Shown here piece after piece: positions 55,739 to 64,000 of a DNA stretch of 64,000 bases. The position numbers and the translations under genes are program-made. The notes beneath the pieces are model-generated. The model was not told the origin of the DNA and did not search any database. It saw only the letters and a list, made by a program, of their open reading frames with translations. The stretch covers positions 16,288 to 80,287 of the forward strand of contig CAZSTG010000004.1 in NCBI GenBank assembly GCA_964609895.1. The letters run 5' to 3'. Origin of the DNA: an uncultured Gammaproteobacteria bacterium (GTDB lineage: Bacteria; Patescibacteriota; Microgenomatia; UBA10105; UBA927). Numbering within the stretch: position 1 is the stretch's first letter; every line of letters starts with the position of its first letter.

Positions 55739-57919
55739 TTATGGACACCCCGACGGTAATGATAGTGTACCAGATCCTTTGTATCCAAAATGCAAATGAG
55801 GACCCTTTCCAAGCCCCCCTGATCCAAATGTATACCCTGTGGTGTCTGAATATCCGATTACTTCTCCTGCATGGATAATTGTTTTGTTTTGGTAGGCACT
55901 GATTATTGCGGGCGTTACATCAAGAAAATGAGCATAAATTGTACAGAATGTCTTGCCGGAAGCATCTGTTCCGACAAGGACGACGTTGTTGCCAAAGCTG
56001 GCATATTTATATTCATTTGGTTGAAACGTAGTCACCAACGAAGTTACATAGCCGTCATGTGATGCGTGTATTGGTGTTCCATTTCCACATCCGAAATCAT
56101 ACGCCTGTGATTGATAGTGAGATGTTCCTTGTGGGGTGTTTGGCCCTTGAGTGATGGGGGCATGGACAGGACAATAAGAAATGGATGTTGATGGTGGCGC
56201 AGGACCAGACCACGCACACGAAAAACCAGCGCCTGTGTTTATACCTGGTTGACCAGTTGGAAACACGCCCCCCACGCCATTGATATATGCATTATCCTGA
56301 CTTGTTTGTTGAAAAAACACATTTCCGACAATGGTGAGTGGGGTAAAAGAAAGAGCAAACAACGCCGCCACCAATCCAACAAGCACGATGCTAATGATAA
56401 ACACAGGATCTTTGTAGAGTGGGGTGCTGTTATAGTTCCCCGAAATAAGCCGACTAAGCCAGTCGAATGTTATAAAACCAAAACCCTTTTTTATTCCCTT
56501 CCATAGACCCCCAATAATTTTATCAAACAAAACAGCCCCAACAAATGATCCAACGGGGCCCCCCTCGCTCCCGAGAACTCCTCCGACTATTTTCCCAATG
56601 GTTGTTCCTGCGGCTTTTTCCGCGACTTTTGTCCCAACAACCCTCGCCCCCTTTTTGGCGGCCACAGATACTCCTTGTTGCGCCAACAACCCCGCATAGT
56701 GTGTGGCAATCGACGGGTTTTGCGGCACATAACCCACTCCTGCCAATTGCAGATATACCTCGGAAACCTGTGGATGAAACACTGTAACAAAAATATCGGA
56801 AAAAAAGGACTGTGTTTTGGTAAAAACAGCGGCTTTTCCTGCTGATTGAAAAAGCGAGTTGCCTTTAGCAATAGCTCGTTGTACAGGTGGAGAATCAAGA
56901 AGTGGGCCAAGTGTTTGCTGCATCCACGTGTTGTTGGACACCTCTTTGTTCCATGATGAGGCCATTACTCTCAAGACTATCGCCTCTTGTGTTTTTTGTG
57001 GAAACAAAGAAAACACAGTGTCTGCAAGGGGAGCAAGCACTTTTTCTACGGCGGATCCGTTTTTGCTGACAAGTGAAAAAAACCCCGCATAATCCAATGG
57101 AGCCTGTATTTCTGCCGTTTGTATTGCCGCGTGTGTTTTTGCGAGTATTTCTGCTTTTTTTGTCAGTTCTGGCATATCTGTCGCGCGAGGACCTGTTTCC
57201 GTTCCATAGGTTTGAATTGCTTCAACCGCGACTGTTGGATTGTCTGACCTCAAAACAGCCTGAATAATTTGTTGTTCGATGACAGACGTGCTATTTGCTT
57301 GGGAAGAACGAATTGCATCTTTCACAGGTTTTTGTTTTTGAAGTTCACGCACCGACTCTTGTGAAGTTTGGTGGACGGTTTTTGCTGCAGTCTGGATGAT
57401 TTCCTGCGAAGATGTTTCCGGATACGATTCCGCCGCGGCAATTACCGCGTTTGAGAAAGCGGCCGCCTCATCAGGAGTAAGTTTTGAATAGTTTTTAACC
57501 AGTCGTTCAATAAATTCCCGATTTTGTTTTCGCTTGGCGTTATACACAACTTCAGCGGTTTTATGTGTTTTTTCAAGAGCCTGTTTTACATTGTTAACGC
57601 GCCGCGACAATTCTTCGTCCGTTGGTTGTGTCGCCTGCATTTTTTGCTTTGTGTTGAGCTGGATCTGATATGGTTGTTCAGACAACCCCTTTAAAAAATC
57701 AGATTGCGCCTTTTGTAGAATACCCGCAAGTGTGTTGATATCCTTGGCTTGAATTGCTCTAGTTATTTCTGTGGCATGAAGCTGAAGAAGCGCTTGGAGC
57801 TCCGGATATGAAGTCATCTGATAATACACCGAGAGCGCCCGATCTTCGGTTGTGCCAACCGTTTGACCTAAAGAAACAACAAAGTCTCGTGTTGTTTCCG
57901 AGCTTTTAACATCTGTCAT
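55739..57919 (-). CDS. M23 family metallopeptidase with large N-terminal cytosolic Q/A-rich domain and TM segment (putative T4SS-associated cell-wall hydrolase)
   Basis: 726 aa. C-terminal M23 motifs HASHDGYV... and PHLHFGYK. One or two TM helices around residues 480-560. Confidence 0.65.
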   Translation of the reverse strand: MTDVKSSETTRDFVVSLGQTVGTTEDRALSVYYQMTSYPELQALLQLHATEITRAIQAKDINTLAGILQKAQSDFLKGLSEQPYQIQLNTKQKMQATQPTDEELSRRVNNVKQALEKTHKTAEVVYNAKRKQNREFIERLVKNYSKLTPDEAAAFSNAVIAAAESYPETSSQEIIQTAAKTVHQTSQESVRELQKQKPVKDAIRSSQANSTSVIEQQIIQAVLRSDNPTVAVEAIQTYGTETGPRATDMPELTKKAEILAKTHAAIQTAEIQAPLDYAGFFSLVSKNGSAVEKVLAPLADTVFSLFPQKTQEAIVLRVMASSWNKEVSNNTWMQQTLGPLLDSPPVQRAIAKGNSLFQSAGKAAVFTKTQSFFSDIFVTVFHPQVSEVYLQLAGVGYVPQNPSIATHYAGLLAQQGVSVAAKKGARVVGTKVAEKAAGTTIGKIVGGVLGSEGGPVGSFVGAVLFDKIIGGLWKGIKKGFGFITFDWLSRLISGNYNSTPLYKDPVFIISIVLVGLVAALFALSFTPLTIVGNVFFQQTSQDNAYINGVGGVFPTGQPGINTGAGFSCAWSGPAPPSTSISYCPVHAPITQGPNTPQGTSHYQSQAYDFGCGNGTPIHASHDGYVTSLVTTFQPNEYKYASFGNNVVLVGTDASGKTFCTIYAHFLDVTPAIISAYQNKTIIHAGEVIGYSDTTGYTFGSGGLGKGPHLHFGYKGSGTLSLPSGCP

Positions 57920-57940
57920 AATCCATATTATATCAAGGTG

Positions 57941-59809
57941 TTATGTCTTTGGTTGTGAGGGAATTGTCTCTACAGTAAAAAGGGGCCGATTGTCTATTGT
58001 CGGTTGGACGTTGGTGTTTTGAGAAAGCTCTTTTTTCTTCTGCACATCCTGCGGTTTTGTTGTGGCAAGTGCATGTTCTTCCGGACTGGCAATAATCCGT
58101 ATTGCCGCATGAGCGGGGCCGGCAAACAAAAGCCCCTCGCCGATTTCAGAAGAAAGAAGCAGGTGTTTTTCTCCTTCGGAAAGGTAGAAAATTTCCGCCA
58201 CCCTGTCTATTGCCGCAGTGGACTGCTTGAGGAGTATCTGCATACTGCTGTTCTGAATAATAGTTTTGCCGAGGTCTCCGGCAAGAAAATCCTCCACATC
58301 TTGGGTGATGGTGGTGAGTCCAAGGTAATATTTTCTGCTTCGTTTTGCGATAGAATTTAGAAATTGCGCAGAGTCGGGGTATTTCATAAGATACCACGCT
58401 TCATCAACTACAAGAATTCTTCTTTTGATTGACCGTCTGATTTTTGTCCAGATAAAATCGAGAATGAGATACATTGCGGTTGGTCGAAGTTCATCTTCTA
58501 GATCGCGGATCGAGAAAACCGTAAGAGGATTGGTGATTTCCATATTTGATTGTTCGTCAAAGATGCCCACCAGACTTCCTTTGACAAACTTTTCTATTCT
58601 GTCCGCAAGTGTTTTTGCCGTTTGATCCTCCATGCCCACGAGAGTTTTATACAGGTCTTCCATAAGTGGAGGCTCTTTTGATTGTGTTGCAGGATCTGGG
58701 GTAATGCCCTTTTGTTTATATGTGAGTACAAGCGCCCGGTCAAGGGTTGCGTCTTCTGTCGGCGTGAGTTTTCCCATGACAACGCGGAAAAACCCATGCA
58801 GAGAAAGAATCTTCTGATTTAAGTCGTTTTCTTCCGATCCGCCGTCTTTTAAAGCCGCAAGATCGAATGGATTGATTTTTGTTTTTCCACGGAATTCAAA
58901 CCTGATGTATTCGCCTCCGAGGGTTTCGGTCAGCGCCTCATATTCATTTTCAGGATCAATAATGATAACCTCAGAGCCAAACATCATGCTTCTGATCACT
59001 TCAAGCTTCACCATGTAGGATTTTCCTGATCCGGACTTCCCAAACACAACAGTGTTTGCGTTTTCCAAAGTGAAACGGTCGAACACCACAAGACTTTCGT
59101 TGCCCTCGTTAATGCCATAAAGTATACCTTCGTTTGCGGTAAGCTCCGATGTGGTAAACGGAAAAGTGGTGGCAAGTGAGGTCGTGTCCATGTTTCTGGT
59201 TATCATAAGCCGATCTTGCCCCATAGGAAGCGTTGTTTTAAACCCCTCTTCCATCTGTAGAATTGCTTTTTTAGTGACGATCATTAAAGATGCAAGAGTC
59301 GCCTCAACCTGTTTGGTTGTTTTATCCAGATCTTCTTTTGTTTTGGATGGAATGGTGACATACAGCCCAAACTGAAAAAACCGCTGCGCGCCCTTTGCAA
59401 GTTCCTGTTGTAGTCCTAAGGCGTCTTCTAGTGCAACTTGCACAGAAGGTTCAATGACGCGTCCGCGTTTTAGATCTGACTGAATGGTTGCTTCCATCTC
59501 TCCGACTTTACGCTTCAGGTTTTCGAGAATTTCTTCGGATTTGGACGGATACACATACATGGAAACGTCCAGTGTGTGGTTGAATGAAATAAGTGGCTCA
59601 AGCCAGTTTGCGCTGACATATCTCGGGTATCCTGCAACAAACAGCGTTCTCACCATCTGTTCACCGATGGTGAGAAAGTCAAAATCTACCTCTACTGCCG
59701 GCGGCGCGACGATATCTTTTGTTGTGAGTGGACCTGTCGGCGTCGGACCGCTGAGTAGGCTGGGCGGCTGCATGGTAATAAATGTCTTGATGGTGTTTTT
59801 GATATTCAT
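57941..59809 (-). CDS. VirB4/TrbE/CagE-family T4SS ATPase (ATPase part)
   Basis: 622 aa. Walker A VVFGKSGSGKSYMVK. Walker B region RILVVDEAWYLMK. C-terminal RSRKYYLGLTTITQ motif. Confidence 0.8.
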   Translation of the reverse strand: MNIKNTIKTFITMQPPSLLSGPTPTGPLTTKDIVAPPAVEVDFDFLTIGEQMVRTLFVAGYPRYVSANWLEPLISFNHTLDVSMYVYPSKSEEILENLKRKVGEMEATIQSDLKRGRVIEPSVQVALEDALGLQQELAKGAQRFFQFGLYVTIPSKTKEDLDKTTKQVEATLASLMIVTKKAILQMEEGFKTTLPMGQDRLMITRNMDTTSLATTFPFTTSELTANEGILYGINEGNESLVVFDRFTLENANTVVFGKSGSGKSYMVKLEVIRSMMFGSEVIIIDPENEYEALTETLGGEYIRFEFRGKTKINPFDLAALKDGGSEENDLNQKILSLHGFFRVVMGKLTPTEDATLDRALVLTYKQKGITPDPATQSKEPPLMEDLYKTLVGMEDQTAKTLADRIEKFVKGSLVGIFDEQSNMEITNPLTVFSIRDLEDELRPTAMYLILDFIWTKIRRSIKRRILVVDEAWYLMKYPDSAQFLNSIAKRSRKYYLGLTTITQDVEDFLAGDLGKTIIQNSSMQILLKQSTAAIDRVAEIFYLSEGEKHLLLSSEIGEGLLFAGPAHAAIRIIASPEEHALATTKPQDVQKKKELSQNTNVQPTIDNRPLFTVETIPSQPKT

Positions 59810-60462
59810 GGGTTTTTTTGTATTGGGTCTGTCTTTGTTGTTGGTACGACAACTCCTGGATTATACAAGGAAAAAAACAACTGTATGATTTGGTCATTTG
59901 TTAATTGTTGCGCTTTCAAACCTATTTTGGATAAGAGGCGGATAAGATGGTCTCTTTTTGGAGAAAGTGCAATAAGCGCCCGTTCAAAGATATACGCTTT
60001 GGGATACGGAAGCCCGCTTGTTTTTGTCCCAAGAAGCACTTTTGACGAAACGCCAAGTTCCAGATTGGAAAATGGTACGACAATATAAAATTTTTTATCG
60101 AGAACCTCTTTTTCCTTGACTGTCTGTTCAATAAAGGCTCTGTATCCATGGATGCTTTTGGCAAGTTTTGGATTGGTTTGTTCCCGCTCCTTTTCTTCCA
60201 AAAGCCGAAGATACGCGCTCACGTCTTTGTGTTTGGATCTGATAAGAATTTGAATTGGAAAAGACAGGGAGTTGAGTAGGTTGGCATAGGAATAGATAAT
60301 AACTTCCTGCTCCTTTTCAGACAACAGGCTGAAGTTGACCGCGGACACGCTGATAATGAGCGCACAGGATCCATTGGAGAACAGAATGATATTCTGCGCA
60401 ACATCCTCAATCTCGGTAAACTGTTGAGTGGATGCTCTGATTGGTACCACAGAATTTGCCAT
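59806..60462 (-). CDS. hypothetical protein resembling the N-terminal domain of VirB4/TrbE (possible split VirB4)
   Basis: 218 aa, no TM. Pattern EDVAQNIILFSNGSCALIISVSAVNFSLLSEKEQEVIIYSYANLLNSLSFPIQIL resembles the VirB4 N-terminal domain. ATGA overlap with the ATPase ORF. Confidence 0.45.
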   Translation of the reverse strand: MANSVVPIRASTQQFTEIEDVAQNIILFSNGSCALIISVSAVNFSLLSEKEQEVIIYSYANLLNSLSFPIQILIRSKHKDVSAYLRLLEEKEREQTNPKLAKSIHGYRAFIEQTVKEKEVLDKKFYIVVPFSNLELGVSSKVLLGTKTSGLPYPKAYIFERALIALSPKRDHLIRLLSKIGLKAQQLTNDQIIQLFFSLYNPGVVVPTTKTDPIQKNP

Positions 60463-60463
60463 A

Positions 60464-61741
60464 TTATGTATTGGTTGTTTGTCCGAAAATTTGTTTTACC
60501 AGCACTTCGCGGTCAATATCCCGTTTGCTTTTTGCCACAATCTCAATTGCGGGAAGCACGGATCCATTCAGGGTGATTTGTGCGCGGTCAAATATATATC
60601 GTCCTCGGGGATCTTCAACCTCAATAAAAAATATGCCGTTTGGCAGTTGTGTTGAGGCGGCAAACTGCCCGATTTTGTTGGTTTTGAGCGCGCGGAGCGG
60701 TACCCCCTCTTTGTCGCGGACGGTTACGAGCACCCCTGGAAGGAGACCTCCTTGGTTGTCTTTGATAATGCCTGTGACCACGTTTGCAAACGTTGTGAGT
60801 CTGGGAAGCCCTGCGCGGGTTGCCGCATCGGGTGATATGATTTTTACCGTCGGCCCCGCGGGGGGTGGAGTTACTACTCCTGCGGGTTTTGCGGGCGCAA
60901 CCGGTTCTTTTAGTGTTGTTTTGGTTTTCATAGATATAATCCGCTCTTCCATTTCCTGTTTTTGTTTTTTGATTTCGCTGATTTCCTTTTGTAATTCTAA
61001 CACCCTGTCTTCAACATTGGTTTTTCCACTTAACTCGGTTTGTAGTTTAGATATCTGCTCCTGCAGTTTTTCAAGTTCAGGATTTTTTTCCGTTGCAATA
61101 ATAGGAGGCCGCATTCCCTGCGCCGTGGGAGGTGGTGTTGTCTGTGCAGCCGGCGGATTCATGCGCACGGCGTCAGCAACACGAGCTGTGTTTATAACGG
61201 TTGCAGAAGGTTGAGGGTGTGGAGGTGGAAACAGCGTATCCACCCATGAAAACAGCGAATCAATCAACGATTTTTTGCGGGGCGCTGCGGATTGTGTATA
61301 AAATCCCTGCAGTGCCGCGGCTATCGGTTTTGCTGCACCCTGTTGAGTAGGGGTGGACGGTGTCGGTTGCGCAGCGTGTGGAACAACTGGGGCAGTAGCT
61401 ACCCCTGCAGATGTTGGAACAGGTGGGGGTGTTATGGGTTTTTGGGGGGTGGGTTGGGTTCTGTGCCAGACAAACTGTGTCGGCGCATACACGCTTTTTA
61501 AGAAAGACAGCACCCACACATCCATCGGGCGCTCTTCTATGGGGATAAAGGCAAACCCGATGCCGAGGAACGCAAAAATAACCGTAAGTGGCCATGTAAA
61601 AAAGAACGGAAGTGGAAGAATATAGGAAATGTAGGCAAGTATAGCTCCGCCCGCAAGGTATCCGAACTGTTTAATCGTCATGTCTCCGATTAAACGGAAC
61701 TGAAAAGTCGTGACATTTTGCGGGACAGGATGTTGTTCCAT
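60464..61741 (-). CDS. PrgI/VirB3-like two-TM protein fused to Pro-rich linker, coiled-coil and C-terminal beta-sandwich-like domain
   Basis: Start at MEQHPVPQNVTTFQFRLIGDMTIKQFGYLAGGAILAYISYILPLPFFF (PrgI-family N-terminus). Long P/T/A-rich segment. Coiled-coil LEKLQEQISKLQTELSGK. The track ORF starts at TTG at 61837. Confidence 0.5.
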   Translation of the reverse strand: MEQHPVPQNVTTFQFRLIGDMTIKQFGYLAGGAILAYISYILPLPFFFTWPLTVIFAFLGIGFAFIPIEERPMDVWVLSFLKSVYAPTQFVWHRTQPTPQKPITPPPVPTSAGVATAPVVPHAAQPTPSTPTQQGAAKPIAAALQGFYTQSAAPRKKSLIDSLFSWVDTLFPPPHPQPSATVINTARVADAVRMNPPAAQTTPPPTAQGMRPPIIATEKNPELEKLQEQISKLQTELSGKTNVEDRVLELQKEISEIKKQKQEMEERIISMKTKTTLKEPVAPAKPAGVVTPPPAGPTVKIISPDAATRAGLPRLTTFANVVTGIIKDNQGGLLPGVLVTVRDKEGVPLRALKTNKIGQFAASTQLPNGIFFIEVEDPRGRYIFDRAQITLNGSVLPAIEIVAKSKRDIDREVLVKQIFGQTTNT

Positions 61742-61871
61742 AGAACTCTCTTTATTGTAAAGAACAATAAGCGGTCTTTCAAGGGGAAAAAGCGCGTTAG
61801 AATCGTGAAAACTTATTATTTTCATTTCACGAAACAAATCAAAACACTTTTTATTATGATATGATTACTTC

Positions 61872-64000
61872 ATGGACGCAGATTGCGTTGTTGTAGAGGT
61901 CAAAAACACGAGAGACAGCGAAGAAACTCCACTTGTCATGGAGCAGGTATTTGCTGCGATGGGCATGGGGAGTCGAACCAGTTTTTTAGACAAGCTATTC
62001 GGCGGCAAGACAAAAAAAACATGGCTGAGTTTTGAGATTGTTGCATACAAAAGCGCAATTCATTTTTATCTGGTGACTAAAAAACAGACACTTGCATATA
62101 TTGAAAGTCAGCTGACAGCGCAATATCCCAAGCTTGCGATTACTCCTGTAACGGACATGTTGCCGCATTTGTTTGAAACGACCCACGCAACAACACAGTT
62201 GGTGTTATCTAGTCCACAGTATTATCCATTAAAAACATATAAGGATGTCCGAGATATTGATTTACTTGCAAGCGTGCTTGGGTGTCTGGCAAAACTGACT
62301 GGGGATCAATCCGCGGCAATTCAGATTCGTGTCTCGCCTGCGGGTTCTGCATGGCAACAACAGGCATTTTCCATCGTTGCGCGAGGCATTCCGGATCCAA
62401 CGTCTACAATTCCGGGTAAAACGAAGAACCATCCGCACGCGAAGCTTATTGAAACTAAAACAAATCAGGTTGGATTTCAAACGGCAATCCGTATTGTTGC
62501 AACCGGAATTTCAGAAGAACAGGCAAACACAACACTTGCAACAATTGCGGGTACGTATGGCGTATTTAGTCTTGGCGAGGGAAACGCGCTTATTGTTGCC
62601 AAACCAACATTTTGGCAGAAGAAGAAACTAGAAACCGCAATTGTTGAACGCACCGGTGATGGTGCGCCGAAGAGTCATGTGTTCGGAGCGTCGGAATTGG
62701 CAACCCTGTGGCATCCGCCAGGGATTCTTCTTTCCGCAATCAGAAATATTTCTTGGGGAACAAAATTGACGGGAGAGGCGCCGGAAAATCTGCCGATTGC
62801 GACAGAAAATGAAGAAGAAAAAAAGAAAATCAACTTCTTTGCTAGAACAGAATTTAAAAATAAACCGACAACATTCGGGATAAAAAGCGACGACAGGAGA
62901 AAACATCTGTATGTGGTGGGAAAAACCGGCACGGGAAAATCAACCATGATTGCCAATATGGCAATCAACGATATGCGGAACGGCGAAGGTATGGCAGTGA
63001 TTGACCCCCACGGGGATTTGACGGATGCACTGTTGGATTTTATTCCCTCATTCAGGCTCAATGATGTGGCGTATCTTGATCCTGCAGACATAGTCCATCC
63101 GTTTCATCTGAATCCGTTAGAGCTTAACAATGTGGCACACAGGGAGCTGGTTGCTTCGGGCATTGTATCCATTTTTTATAAACTGTATCACTACTCATGG
63201 GGTCCGCGTCTGGAATATATTTTACGGAACTGTATTTTGACGCTTTTACATGTTCCAAACTCGACATTGTTGCAGGTTCCCGAGATACTGACAAATGACA
63301 GGTATCGGGAAAAGATTGTGTCGGGTCTTTCCGATCATGTGCTGAAAAACTTCTGGCTTAACGAGTTTAATAAAATGTCTCCGCAGATGCGAAGCGAATC
63401 CATTATGCCGATTTTAAACAAGGTGGGGCAGTTTTTATCTTCCCAAACTATCAGAAACATTGTCGGCAACCCGAAATCCACTATTGATCTTGAGGAGATG
63501 ATGAATAAAGGAAAAATAATTCTTGTTAATTTGTCACAGGGCAAACTTGGAGAGGACAACAGTGCACTTTTGGGCGCCATGATTATCACAAAAATTCAGC
63601 TAGCCGCGATGAATAGGGTGTATGAGCAGGAACAGACACGAAAAGATTTTTATTTGTATGTGGATGAGTTTCAGAATTTTGCAACGAATTCATTTATCAA
63701 GATTCTTTCCGAAGCGCGGAAATACCGTCTTAACTTGACGCTTGCCAATCAGTATATCGGGCAAATTGACGAAGATGTACAGAATGCAATTTTTGGGAAC
63801 GCAGGATCCATTATTTCGTTTTGTGTCGGTGCCACAGATGCGCGACCCCTAGCAAGGGAGTTCGGGCTCAAATACAAAGAAGAGGAATTGGTGCAACTTG
63901 GCAATTATCAAATCGTCTTAAAGCTTTCTATTGATAATCATACATCAAGCCCGTTTTCGGCAACCACCCTCCCACTTCCGAGAAGCCACAATCAAAGCAG
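61872..64000 (+). CDS. VirD4/TraG-family type IV coupling protein-like ATPase (partial, runs off window end)
   Basis: Read by eye from the sequence, not in the ORF track because there is no stop in the window. MDADCVVVEVKN... Walker A YVVGKTGTGKSTMIAN. T4CP-type Walker B YLYVDEFQNFAT. RKYRLNLTLANQYIGQI motif. Confidence 0.65.
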   Translation, partial: MDADCVVVEVKNTRDSEETPLVMEQVFAAMGMGSRTSFLDKLFGGKTKKTWLSFEIVAYKSAIHFYLVTKKQTLAYIESQLTAQYPKLAITPVTDMLPHLFETTHATTQLVLSSPQYYPLKTYKDVRDIDLLASVLGCLAKLTGDQSAAIQIRVSPAGSAWQQQAFSIVARGIPDPTSTIPGKTKNHPHAKLIETKTNQVGFQTAIRIVATGISEEQANTTLATIAGTYGVFSLGEGNALIVAKPTFWQKKKLETAIVERTGDGAPKSHVFGASELATLWHPPGILLSAIRNISWGTKLTGEAPENLPIATENEEEKKKINFFARTEFKNKPTTFGIKSDDRRKHLYVVGKTGTGKSTMIANMAINDMRNGEGMAVIDPHGDLTDALLDFIPSFRLNDVAYLDPADIVHPFHLNPLELNNVAHRELVASGIVSIFYKLYHYSWGPRLEYILRNCILTLLHVPNSTLLQVPEILTNDRYREKIVSGLSDHVLKNFWLNEFNKMSPQMRSESIMPILNKVGQFLSSQTIRNIVGNPKSTIDLEEMMNKGKIILVNLSQGKLGEDNSALLGAMIITKIQLAAMNRVYEQEQTRKDFYLYVDEFQNFATNSFIKILSEARKYRLNLTLANQYIGQIDEDVQNAIFGNAGSIISFCVGATDARPLAREFGLKYKEEELVQLGNYQIVLKLSIDNHTSSPFSATTLPLPRSHNQS

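Noticed and set aside
1-64000. CRISPR array, IS element or prophage
   Set aside because: I saw no regularly spaced direct repeats, no transposase-like ORF, and no phage structural genes. The only recombinase is Xer-like.

Overview
This 64-kb window looks like a chromosomal segment from a small-genome, probably monoderm bacterium. Several things point to a Patescibacteria/CPR-like organism: a stand-alone TrpB2, an archaeal-type UMP kinase, many ATGA-coupled gene pairs, a Gram-positive-style T4SS and a glycan-heavy gene set. This lineage call is my inference only. Coding density is high on both strands. Housekeeping genes present include ATP-dependent DNA ligase, a Fic AMPylator, NAD(P)HX dehydratase, recF, the rpmH-rnpA-yidD-yidC-jag operon, RNase HI, rplY, nth, an epmA-efp pair, valS, a Xer-type recombinase and an ftsB-like gene. 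An RNA-rich intergenic island at 22.4-23.2 kb carries tRNA-Met(CAT), a second candidate CAT tRNA and tRNA-Trp(CCA). Between them lies a promoter/terminator-delimited structured leader, directly upstream of a trpB2 gene and a trpS whose product has a C-terminal Trbp111-like tRNA-binding domain. From 26 to 51 kb there is a very large cell-envelope glycan locus: an ABC exporter, PglC-like and TagA-like transferases, many GT2/GT4 genes, a WbpB/WbpE-like oxidoreductase/aminotransferase pair, rmlC, two Wzy/O-antigen-ligase-like proteins, an Stf0-like sulfotransferase candidate and two tandem paralogues of an unknown DxD family. The replication origin is at 52-54.7 kb (dnaA-dnaN with perfect DnaA boxes), but recF and rpmH sit about 45 kb away. 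Immediately after dnaN comes a compact T4SS-like operon: a PrgI-like fusion protein, an apparently split VirB4, an M23 hydrolase, and a divergent VirD4-type coupling protein that runs off the window end. The supplied ORF track does not list that last ORF. I saw no CRISPR array, IS element or rRNA.
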